From the NCBI GenBank assembly GCA_030037035.1, contig JASHSA010000100.1, positions 1-42,033 on the forward strand: DNA of 42,033 bases. The letters are read 5' to 3'. A program made the position numbers and the translations under genes. The DNA is from Thermoplasmata archaeon. Lineage in GTDB: Archaea; Thermoplasmatota; Thermoplasmata; Lutacidiplasmatales; UBA184. Position 1 is the first letter of the stretch. Every line of letters begins with the position of its first letter. The notes under the pieces were generated by a model that did not search any database, was not told where the DNA came from, and saw nothing but the letters and a program-made list of their open reading frames with translations. This document shows, piece after piece, positions 35,249 to 42,033 of this stretch.

Positions 35249-36400
35249 TTAGGGGAGGCGGTCGCGCCCGAGCGGGTAGGCACGCCCCTTCCAGGTCACG
35301 TGGCCGCCGCGCAGACCTCGGACGAGCGACGTGGAGACGGCGACCACGTAGAAGCCGACGGCGACCGGGAACGCGAGCCCGTAGACCGCCGGAGCGCCGA
35401 CCGCCCGCGAGAACGCCGCGTGCTTGCCGAACAGCGCGACCGCGAGCACGGCCCCGAGGAGCGCGACGGGCACGCTGCCGGCGGCGACCCCGACCGGGAG
35501 CACGGCGAGCGGAAGCCAGAACAGCCCCACGAGCCCCGCGAGGAACGCCGCCTGCCGGCCCGCCGAGAACTCCGTCCCGTGGACGTTCTTGAGGATCCCC
35601 TCGAACATCTCGTGGCGGTCGCGGTACATCCGGGTCGTCGCGAGCTCCGGGGCCCAGGCGATCCGGATCGACCGGCCGGCCGCCCGGAACCTTCGGGCGA
35701 TCGCGACGTCCTCGAGGACCTTGTCGCGCACGGCGGCGTGTCCCCCTAGCGCCTCGTACTCCTCCCGCCGGACGAGCCAGAACTGGCCGTTCGCCATCGC
35801 CGCTCGGGACCGGTCGAGGTTGACCCGCGGGGCGCGGAAGTAGGTCAGGACCATCTGGACGTAGAACGGGAGGACGACGCGCTCCCAGAACGTGCGCATC
35901 TCGACGCGCGGGGCGATCGTGGCGAGCGACGCGCGCTCTCGGAGCGCCCAACGAACGGCGGTGCGCAGCGCCGACGGAGCGAGCCGAACGTCCGCGTCCA
36001 GGAACAGCAGCCACGCCCCGCGGCTGGCCTGGGCCCCGGTCCAGCAGGCCCAGTTCTTCCCGACCCAGCCGGGCGGCAGGGGCGGTTCGTCGACGAGCCG
36101 CACGCGGGGGGCGCGCGCCCGGACCACGTCGCGGGTCCGGTCGGTCGACCCTCCCTCCACGACGACGATCTCGAGCGGCGGGTCGTCCTGGGCGAGCAGG
36201 CCGTCGAGCGCCGCCGGCAGCTCTTCCTCCTCGTCCCGCGCCGCGAGGATGACGCTCACCGATCCCGCGGCCGATCCGGCGCCGGGAGCCTCCGGGTCGA
36301 GGCGCGGCATCGACCGCGCGAACCAGAGCGCGAGCCCCTGGTAGAGCAGGACGACGACCGCGGCGACCGCGACGAGCGCGACGACGAGCGGACCGAGCAC
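35249..36400 (-). CDS. Family 2 glycosyltransferase with N-terminal TM anchor and C-terminal TM helices
   Basis: VSVILAARDEEEELP, VVVEGGSTDRT and LFLDADV form the DxD region, followed by QFWLVRREEYEALGG. The start is placed at GTG 36400 so that the N-terminal helix LGPLVVALVAVAAVVVLLY is included. The remaining ~670 aa of the track ORF is antisense to hef. Confidence 0.8.
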   Translation of the reverse strand: MLGPLVVALVAVAAVVVLLYQGLALWFARSMPRLDPEAPGAGSAAGSVSVILAARDEEEELPAALDGLLAQDDPPLEIVVVEGGSTDRTRDVVRARAPRVRLVDEPPLPPGWVGKNWACWTGAQASRGAWLLFLDADVRLAPSALRTAVRWALRERASLATIAPRVEMRTFWERVVLPFYVQMVLTYFRAPRVNLDRSRAAMANGQFWLVRREEYEALGGHAAVRDKVLEDVAIARRFRAAGRSIRIAWAPELATTRMYRDRHEMFEGILKNVHGTEFSAGRQAAFLAGLVGLFWLPLAVLPVGVAAGSVPVALLGAVLAVALFGKHAAFSRAVGAPAVYGLAFPVAVGFYVVAVSTSLVRGLRGGHVTWKGRAYPLGRDRLP

Positions 36401-36420
36401 CGCCGTTCGTAGCCGCGGCC

Positions 36421-36430
36421 TGATAAAGGG
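36421..36430. promoter_or_regulatory. Single AT-rich box TGATAAAGGG positioned to serve as TATA for both divergent genes (GT2 and hef)
   Basis: This is the only AT-rich element in the 60-bp spacer. It lies 21-30 nt from GTG 36400 on the minus strand and 31-40 nt from ATG 36461 on the plus strand. Confidence 0.4.
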
Positions 36431-36460
36431 CCGTTCGATGGAAGCCGAGGGGGTCCGCTG

Positions 36461-38065
36461 ATGGGGACCGTGGAGCACCCCCGTGTGCGGCCGGGGGTCC
36501 TCGAGGAGCGCGAGTACCAGGGCGCGATCGCGCGCGCGGCCGCCGAGCACAACACGCTGGTCGTGCTTCCGACCGGCCTCGGGAAGACGGCGATCGCGCT
36601 CCGGGTCGTCGCCGAGCATCTTCTGCGCGAGCCGCGAAGCTCGATCCTCCTGCTCGCGCCGACGCGACCGCTCGTGGTCCAGCATGCGCGCGAGGTCGAA
36701 CGCACGCTGTTCGCCCCGCGTCCCCTCGTGCTCACGGGCGCGATCTCCCCCGAGCGTCGTGGCGAGCTGCTCAACCCTCCCCAGGTCGTCGTCGCGACCC
36801 CCCAGGTCGTCGCGAACGACCTCGTCTCCGCCGGCTTCCCGCTCGCCTCGTTCTCGCTGATCGTCTTCGACGAGGCCCATCGGGCGGTCGGCGACTATCC
36901 GTACGTCGCGATCGGCCGCGCCAACCGCGACGGCCCGCGCGCGAGGGTCCTCGCGATGACCGCCTCGCCCGGAGGAAGCCTCGAGCGGATCCGTGAGGTC
37001 TGGACGAACCTCGCGATCGAGCGCTTCGAGTACCGCACCGAACAGAGCCCGGACGTCGCCCCGTACCTCCACGGGATCGGGGTCGAGGCGATCGTCGTCC
37101 CGGTCCCCCCGGAGGTCCGGCACCTGGCGATCCTCCTGCGCGCCGCGATCGGACGAGCGGCGCAGACGCTCCAGCGGCTCGGCCTGCTGCAGGAAGGCGA
37201 GGTGAATCGGCGGGCCGTCCTCGCGGTCGGCGCTCAGCTCCACCACCGTCTCTCGGTCGAGCGCGACGCCGGAGGGGCCTCGTCGGCGAGCCTCTGGCAG
37301 GCGGTCACCGCCCAGGCGGTCGTCATGAAGGGCCTCCACGCGCTCGACCTCACCGAGAGCCAGGGGGTCGACGCGCTCCGGGAGTTCTTCGCCCGACAAA
37401 GCGTGACGCCCGGGCGCCGGGCGACCCCCGCGCAGCGCGCGTTCCTCGGGGACCCGGACGTCCAGGAGGTCCGTCGTCGCCTCGGGGAGATCACGCTCGA
37501 GCATCCCAAGATCGGACGCGCGGTCACCCTCGTGCGCGACGAGGTGCACGGCAAGCCCGGCGCACGGGTGATCGTCTTCTCGCAGTACCGCGACACGGTC
37601 GACCGCCTCGTCGCCGAGTTCGACGCGCTGCACGACCCCGAAGTGCGCGCGGCACGGTTCGTCGGCCAGGCGGCCCACGGCCGCGACCCGGGACTTTCGC
37701 AGAAGGACCAGGTCGGCCTGCTCGACCGGTTCCGCGCGGGATCGGTCAACTGCCTCGTCGCGACCTCCGTCGCCGAGGAGGGGCTCGACATCCCGTCGAC
37801 CGACCTCGTCGTCCTCTACGAGCCGATCCCGGACGTGATCCGCACGATCCAGCGCCGCGGACGCACCGGGAGGGCCCGCGCGGGCCACGCGGTCGTGCTG
37901 GTCGCCGAGGGGACGCGGGACGAAGGGCTCCAGCGCTCGGCGTTCGCCCGAGAGCGCCGGATGCACGCGATGCTCGAGCGGGTCGAGGCCGAGGCCGCGG
38001 GCGGCCAACCCCCTCCCCCGCCGGCCGCCAAGAGCGTCCAGCGACTGCTCTCCGAGTTCCGCTAG
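36461..38065 (+). CDS. hef: Hef/FANCM-family (COG1111) DEAH helicase, helicase domains only
   Basis: Motif I LPTGLGKT, motif II FDEAHRAVG, motif III MTASPG, motif VI QRRGRTGR, with an inserted helical domain between the RecA lobes. The protein ends at 534 aa without an XPF/ERCC4 nuclease domain. Confidence 0.85.
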   Translation: MGTVEHPRVRPGVLEEREYQGAIARAAAEHNTLVVLPTGLGKTAIALRVVAEHLLREPRSSILLLAPTRPLVVQHAREVERTLFAPRPLVLTGAISPERRGELLNPPQVVVATPQVVANDLVSAGFPLASFSLIVFDEAHRAVGDYPYVAIGRANRDGPRARVLAMTASPGGSLERIREVWTNLAIERFEYRTEQSPDVAPYLHGIGVEAIVVPVPPEVRHLAILLRAAIGRAAQTLQRLGLLQEGEVNRRAVLAVGAQLHHRLSVERDAGGASSASLWQAVTAQAVVMKGLHALDLTESQGVDALREFFARQSVTPGRRATPAQRAFLGDPDVQEVRRRLGEITLEHPKIGRAVTLVRDEVHGKPGARVIVFSQYRDTVDRLVAEFDALHDPEVRAARFVGQAAHGRDPGLSQKDQVGLLDRFRAGSVNCLVATSVAEEGLDIPSTDLVVLYEPIPDVIRTIQRRGRTGRARAGHAVVLVAEGTRDEGLQRSAFARERRMHAMLERVEAEAAGGQPPPPPAAKSVQRLLSEFR

Positions 38066-38484
38066 CGCCCCGTGCTCCCAAAACCGCCGCGCCGGCTCGC
38101 CACCGGGGCGACCCGCCCCCGCCGGAAGACGGTCGAGGTCTCCGCGACCAGCCTCGCCTGCGCGATGCGGTCGCCCGCCGCGATCCGGTAGCGACCCGAG
38201 AACAGGAACGTCAGCGGGACGAAGACCTCGCCCGAGTAGTCCCGGTCGATCGTCCCCGGGGCGTTGACCATCAGGACGCCCCGCGAGGAAAGGCCGCTGC
38301 GCGGCCGGACCTCGAGGAAGGTCCCCGGCGGGCAGCGGACGCGGAGCCCGGTGCGGACGAGCGTCACCTCCCCCCGGCGCAGGAGCGCCGGAGCGGCCGC
38401 GCTCAGGTCGAAGCACGCCGAGCCGGCCGTCGCCCGGGCCGGCAGGCGGGGCCGCCCGGCGTCCGCGAGCACCTCGACGCGCAC
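38062..38484 (-). CDS. dut: dUTP diphosphatase (trimeric dUTPase family)
   Basis: AGSACFDL, RSGLSSRG and GTIDRDYSGEV. The start is GTG 38484, giving 140 aa. The upstream part of the 223-aa track ORF overlaps the next gene. Confidence 0.85.
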   Translation of the reverse strand: MRVEVLADAGRPRLPARATAGSACFDLSAAAPALLRRGEVTLVRTGLRVRCPPGTFLEVRPRSGLSSRGVLMVNAPGTIDRDYSGEVFVPLTFLFSGRYRIAAGDRIAQARLVAETSTVFRRGRVAPVASRRGGFGSTGR

Positions 38485-38531
38485 CGTACGAAGGCGGGGG
38501 GCCACGGCCGCACCTCGAGCCGGCCGCCCTC

Positions 38532-39272
38532 TTAGGGAGCGCGCCCGCTGCCGCGCGGCGCGCTCGCCTCCCCGTCCTCCGCGACCGTCCCCTGGGCGAC
38601 GAGCCAGCGGGCGACCAGGTGCCCCTCCGCGCGCCGCAGGAGCTTGCCGAGACCCGGGCCGCTGCGGCCGGTCGAGCGGGCGAGACGGCCCAGCGTGACG
38701 CGACGGGGGATCGCGTAGTATCCGAGCGCCCACGCCCGCGCCAGCATCCGTCCCTGCAGCGGGGTCAGCTCCCCCTCGGCACGGTCGGCGAACGCCGGTC
38801 GTGCGCTCGTCCGCAGCAGGCGGTACGGGAACTCCTCCTGGTCGAGGCGACGCAGCACCCGGCGGATCGCCCGCTCCTCCCCGTGGAACGACGCGACCGT
38901 CTCCTCCTCCGTCAGGCGGAACGGCGCCGCCGGCGTGATCCCGCCGCCGGCGAGCGCGAGCCAGCGACGTAGCCGCTCCGGGTTGCGCTGGCGCGCGAGG
39001 ATGACGTACTCGCGGCTGCGCGGTCGCTCGTCGACGATCTCGAAGTCGGAGAGCCCGTAGAGCGAGCGGATGCGTCGTGCGTCGCGCTCGAGCTCGGCGG
39101 CCGAGCGCAGCGGTCCCCGATGGCGGACGCGGAGGAGCTCGAGGCGCGAGCCGGTGTCGAGCCGGAGCGTCTGGAGCAGCTCGATCTCCTCGTACCGCTC
39201 GAACAATCGCGGCGGCACGACGCCCAGACGGACCAGGTCGTCGGTCCGGAACCGCAGCGTCACCGCCTGCAT
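38532..39272 (-). CDS. HTH_10 (Bat-type) helix-turn-helix DNA-binding protein
   Basis: C-terminal LTPLQGRMLARAWALGYYAIPRRVTLGRLA...LLRRAEGHLV matches the HTH_10 pattern. The start is ATG 39272, and a TATA-like GGTTCTTAACGG lies at 39293-39304 on the minus strand. Confidence 0.75.
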   Translation of the reverse strand: MQAVTLRFRTDDLVRLGVVPPRLFERYEEIELLQTLRLDTGSRLELLRVRHRGPLRSAAELERDARRIRSLYGLSDFEIVDERPRSREYVILARQRNPERLRRWLALAGGGITPAAPFRLTEEETVASFHGEERAIRRVLRRLDQEEFPYRLLRTSARPAFADRAEGELTPLQGRMLARAWALGYYAIPRRVTLGRLARSTGRSGPGLGKLLRRAEGHLVARWLVAQGTVAEDGEASAPRGSGRAP

Positions 39273-39328
39273 CGCGCCGCCGAGACGAGGTTCCGTTAAG
39301 AACCCTCGGCGCGCCGGCGATGTGCGCG

Positions 39329-39336
39329 ATTTAATA
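39329..39336 (+). promoter_or_regulatory. TATA-like box ATTTAATA for the ubiD-ubiA operon
   Basis: An isolated AT-rich octamer 24-31 nt upstream of GTG 39360, implying a leaderless mRNA. Confidence 0.5.
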
Positions 39337-39359
39337 CGGACGCCGGCTCGGCGGCGGCC

Positions 39360-40841
39360 GTGGCGTTCCGCTCGCTCGGCGAGTTCCTCGACGCCCTCGA
39401 ACAGCGCGGCGAGCTGCTTCGCCTCCGGGCGCCGATCTCGCGCGACCTGGAGATCGCCGAGCTGACCGATCGGGTCCACCGCGCCGACGGCCCCGCGCTC
39501 CTCTTCGAGAACGTCGCCGGGGCGTCGATGCCGGTGGCGACGAACGTCCTCGGCGCTCCGCGCCGCATCGCCTACGCGCTGGGGGCCCAGGACCTCAAGG
39601 AGGTCGCCGCGCGCGTCGAGCGGCTGACCCGGCTGCGGCCGCCGGCCGGGATCGCGGGGGCGCTCCGCGACCTCGAGGGGACGATCGCGACCCTTTCGAG
39701 CGTCCGTGCGCTCGCCCCGAAGCGGGTCCGTTCCGCCCCCTGCCAGGAGGTGGAGGAGCCGAACGTCGACCTCGACCGGCTCCCGATCCTGAAGTGCTGG
39801 CCGAAGGACGGGGGGCGGACGGTGACGTTCCCGGTCGTGATCACGAGCGACCCGGAGACCGGCGCGCAGCACGCCGGCATCTACCGGCTCCAGCAGTACG
39901 GCCCCTCGACGCTCGGGCTGCACGCCCAGATCCACCGCGTCGGCGCGAACAACTACCGCAAGTGGGCGGCGCGGGGCGAGCGGATGCCGGTCGCCGCCGT
40001 GATCGGGGCCGAACCGGCGACCGTCTTCAGCGGCCTCGCTCCCGTTCCGGAGGGGATCTCGAACTTCGCCTTCGCGGGCCTCCTGCGCTCCGAACCGGTC
40101 GAGCTGGTCCCGGCCCGCAGCGTCGCGCTGGAGGTACCGGCGTCCGCCGAGATCGTCCTCGAAGGCTACGTCGACCCGACGGAGCGGGCCGTGGAGGGAC
40201 CGTTCGGCGACCACACCGGCTACTACTCGGCGCCGGAGCCGTTCCCGGTCCTCCACGTCGAGCGCATCACGCGCCGGGACCGGCCGGTCTACCTCGGCAC
40301 CGTGACCGGTAAGCCCCCGACCGAGGACGCCGCGCTCGGAAAGGCGGTCGAGCAGATCTTCCTTCCGGTGATCCGCCTCGTGCTCCCCGAGATCGTCGAC
40401 ATGGACCTCCCGCTCGAGGGCCTGTTCATCAACGTCGCCGTCGTCAGCGTGCGCAAGGCCTACCCCGGTCACCCGCGCAAGGTGATGCACGCGCTCTGGG
40501 GGCTCGGCCAGATGATGTTCGTCCGCTACCTCGTGGTCGTCGACGACGACGTCAACGTCCACGACCTCTCGGAGGTCCTCTACCGCGTCGGGCTGCAGGC
40601 CGACCCGGCGCGCGACCTCGAGCTCGTCGAGGGGCCGGTCGACCAATTGTCGATCTCCAACCCTCTGCCGAACGTCGGCGGCAAGGTCGGGATCGACGCG
40701 ACCCGCAAGCGCGCGGAGGACGGCTTTCCGCGGCCGTGGCCGGAGGAGATCCGCTCGGACCCGGCGGCCGCCGCCGCCGCCGAGAGGATCGTCCGCGCCG
40801 AGCCGGCGCTCGAGCGATTGTGGAAGCGTCCGAACGCCTGA
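39360..40841 (+). CDS. ubiD: UbiD-family (prFMN-dependent) decarboxylase, quinone biosynthesis type
   Basis: LLFENV, GIYRLQ, EGPFGDHTGYYS, VYLGTVTGKPPTED and VVVDDDVNVHD. The start is GTG. Confidence 0.9.
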   Translation: MAFRSLGEFLDALEQRGELLRLRAPISRDLEIAELTDRVHRADGPALLFENVAGASMPVATNVLGAPRRIAYALGAQDLKEVAARVERLTRLRPPAGIAGALRDLEGTIATLSSVRALAPKRVRSAPCQEVEEPNVDLDRLPILKCWPKDGGRTVTFPVVITSDPETGAQHAGIYRLQQYGPSTLGLHAQIHRVGANNYRKWAARGERMPVAAVIGAEPATVFSGLAPVPEGISNFAFAGLLRSEPVELVPARSVALEVPASAEIVLEGYVDPTERAVEGPFGDHTGYYSAPEPFPVLHVERITRRDRPVYLGTVTGKPPTEDAALGKAVEQIFLPVIRLVLPEIVDMDLPLEGLFINVAVVSVRKAYPGHPRKVMHALWGLGQMMFVRYLVVVDDDVNVHDLSEVLYRVGLQADPARDLELVEGPVDQLSISNPLPNVGGKVGIDATRKRAEDGFPRPWPEEIRSDPAAAAAAERIVRAEPALERLWKRPNA

Positions 40842-41710
40842 GCCCCGCGCCCGGGGCCCGCGGCCGGCTCGGCGAGCTCGCCCGGTTCCTGGAGATCCAG
40901 AACGTCGCGCTGAACCTGCCGTTCGCCGTCGCGTTCGTCCTCGTCGCCGCCGCCGGTCTCCCGAGGCTGGAGCCGTTCGCCCTCGTCGTCGTCGCGTTCG
41001 TCGCCGCGCGCAACGCCGGCCATGCGTTCAACCGGTGGGCCGACCGCGACCTGGACGCCGCCAACCCGCGGACCGCGGCGCGAGCGCTTCCGAGCGGCCG
41101 CCTCTCGCCGCGGTTCGCCCTCGTCACGACCGTGGCGTGCGCGGCGGTCGTGTTCGCGGCGGCGGCGCTGCTGAACCGGCTCGCGCTCGAGCTCGCGCCG
41201 GTCGCCCTCGCGCTCGTCCTGGGCTACAGCTACACCAAGCGCATCGCCGCCGCGACGACCGTGTTCCTCGGGCTCGTCGAAGCGATCACGCCGGCCGCGG
41301 CGTTCGTCGCCCTGGACGGGACGCTGCCGCTCGCCGCCTGGCTCGCCGTCGGGGGGGTCCTCGCGTGGGGGACGGCGTTCGAGACGGTCCACAGCCTCGG
41401 GGACGTGGAGAGCGACCGACGGCTCGGGCTGCGCTCGTTGCCCGTCGCCCTCGGCCCGGCACGCTCCCGGCAGCTCGTCGCGGCGTTGCACGGCGCCGCG
41501 CTCGTCCTGCTGGCGACGTTCGGCTACGCCGAGCGGCTGCGGCTTCCGTACGAGGTCGCCCTGGCCGCGATCGCCGTCGGCGTCGCCCTCAGCGACCGTG
41601 CCTTCGCCGCCGGCACGGTCGACGGGCGGACGCTGTTCGTGCGCCACTTCTGGTTCGCCGCGATCTTCCTTGCCGGGGTCGGCCTCGCGGTGTTCCTCCC
41701 GTGGGGATGA
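40820..41710 (+). CDS. ubiA: UbiA-family aromatic prenyltransferase
   Basis: First Asp-rich motif NRWADRDLDAANPRT and second motif DVESDRRLGLRSLP, with about 8 TM helices. The start is uncertain. I chose GTG 40820, which overlaps ubiD by 22 nt. ATG 40736 would overlap by 106 nt. Confidence 0.8.
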   Translation: MEASERLSPAPGARGRLGELARFLEIQNVALNLPFAVAFVLVAAAGLPRLEPFALVVVAFVAARNAGHAFNRWADRDLDAANPRTAARALPSGRLSPRFALVTTVACAAVVFAAAALLNRLALELAPVALALVLGYSYTKRIAAATTVFLGLVEAITPAAAFVALDGTLPLAAWLAVGGVLAWGTAFETVHSLGDVESDRRLGLRSLPVALGPARSRQLVAALHGAALVLLATFGYAERLRLPYEVALAAIAVGVALSDRAFAAGTVDGRTLFVRHFWFAAIFLAGVGLAVFLPWG

Positions 41711-41764
41711 GCGGCCGGGTCGGCGAGCTAATGAGCGGCGGCCGCCACCGGCGCCGTCGGGACC

Positions 41765-42033
41765 ATGCCGCAGGTCGTCATCGGGCTCTCCGCCCGGGAT
41801 TTCCGGAGCACCAACGACGTCTGGCGCCTCGCCAAACGCCATCTGAACCCCGCGGTCCGGCGCAGGATCGGCTGGCGGGGCCGCTCGAGCTTCCTGCGGG
41901 AGCTCGCCCTCTACGGCTTCGAACGGGCCAGCGAGGACCCGGCCGCCTTCCTCCGCGCGGTGCGCGACGCACGGGATCCCATGTTCGGCCGCCGGGGCCG
42001 GGGCGACGCCGCCGCCGAGCGCCGGGAGGCGCT
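41765..42033 (+). CDS. Hypothetical protein, 5' partial (runs off the right edge)
   Basis: An open frame from ATG 41765 to the window end (89 codons, no stop) with very strong third-position G/C. The translation begins MPQVVIGLSARDFRSTNDVWRLAKRHLNP... No family was recognised. It is absent from the ORF track because no stop falls within the window. Confidence 0.5.
   Translation, partial: MPQVVIGLSARDFRSTNDVWRLAKRHLNPAVRRRIGWRGRSSFLRELALYGFERASEDPAAFLRAVRDARDPMFGRRGRGDAAAERREA

Noticed and set aside
20637-35252. Other long shadow ORFs: 20637..22466 (-), 24920..27013 (+), 27262..28653 (-), 27393..29147 (+), 28955..30727 (+), 30178..31998 (+), 32406..35252 (+), 33241..34362 (-), 34414..35283 (-).
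   Set aside because: Each overlaps one or more genes with clear family motifs in another frame or strand, and each translates to Arg/Pro/Gly/Asp-rich low-complexity sequence.
36401-38416. Upstream ~670 aa of ORF 35249..38416 (-), which would make the glycosyltransferase 1055 aa.
   Set aside because: That part is antisense to the hef helicase and low-complexity. The GT2 domain, with its N-terminal TM helix, begins at GTG 36400, next to a TATA-like box.
39273-41842. Extension of ORF 38532..40646 (-, 704 aa) and ORF 40580..41842 (-, 420 aa), antisense to ubiD/ubiA.
   Set aside because: These are Arg/Asp/Glu/Pro-rich translations with no motifs. The HTH_10 protein has a sensible ATG at 39272 with its own AT box, and ubiD/ubiA on the plus strand are unmistakable.
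1-42033. Possibility of TAG recoding (pyrrolysine).
   Set aside because: TAG is used as an ordinary stop for many well-delimited genes here, for example the permease, ATPase and aspA genes and the four CTAG pairs, with proteins ending at their expected family C-termini. I found no in-frame TAG inside a recognisable domain.
1-42033. CRISPR arrays, transposases/IS ends, integrases, prophage or toxin-antitoxin modules.
   Set aside because: I found no regularly spaced direct repeats, no terminal inverted repeats flanking ORFs, and no recombinase-like or small paired toxin/antitoxin ORFs. The tRNA-Leu gene shows no adjacent integrase or duplicated 3' half.

Overview
This is a dense, very GC-rich archaeal chromosomal segment (roughly two-thirds to 70% G+C by eye, not computed). 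I call 44 protein-coding genes, one of them partial at the right edge, and one tRNA-Leu(GAG).

The archaeal assignment rests on several recognisable genes:
- the canonical rpoE'(rpo7)-spt4-DUF359(dephospho-CoA kinase)-rps24e-rps27ae operon
- type II GAPDH
- Alba, TFS and Rpo11 (rpoL)
- archaeal-type ProRS
- DUF373
- KptA
- a Hef/FANCM-type helicase

The remaining genes are mostly housekeeping or central metabolism:
- amino-acid and acyl-CoA metabolism: acyl-CoA dehydrogenase, GDH, aspartase, an aminotransferase, ALDH
- nucleotide metabolism and translation: PurD, dUTPase, AsnRS
- a quinone module: UbiE-like, UbiD-like and UbiA-like genes
- a MarR-controlled MacB-type ABC exporter
- several regulators: MarR, TrmB, HTH_10

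I saw no CRISPR array, transposase, integrase, prophage or rRNA. The many very long extra ORFs in the six-frame track are Arg/Pro/Gly-rich shadow frames typical of high-GC DNA.

I did not find a compelling novel multi-gene system. The best accessory candidate is a tightly coupled pair of paralogous TPR proteins at 15816-19833. The downstream gene carries a STAND/AAA_16 P-loop NTPase and the upstream one lacks it, and neither has a recognisable effector domain.

Other observations worth a second look:
- Four convergent gene pairs share the tetranucleotide CTAG as their mutual stop codons.
- Three consecutive information-processing proteins carry Lys/Ala/Pro-rich C-terminal tails.
- One gene appears to fuse DUF1614-like and RDD membrane domains.
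- Hef is helicase-only and ends in a PIP-box-like motif.
- Two orphan proteins have N-terminal zinc ribbons.
- About 400 bp upstream of gdhA is unexplained GC-rich spacer.
- Isolated AT-rich boxes give a readable promoter map and suggest mostly leaderless transcripts.

All family assignments come from motifs I recognised by eye. No database search was run.
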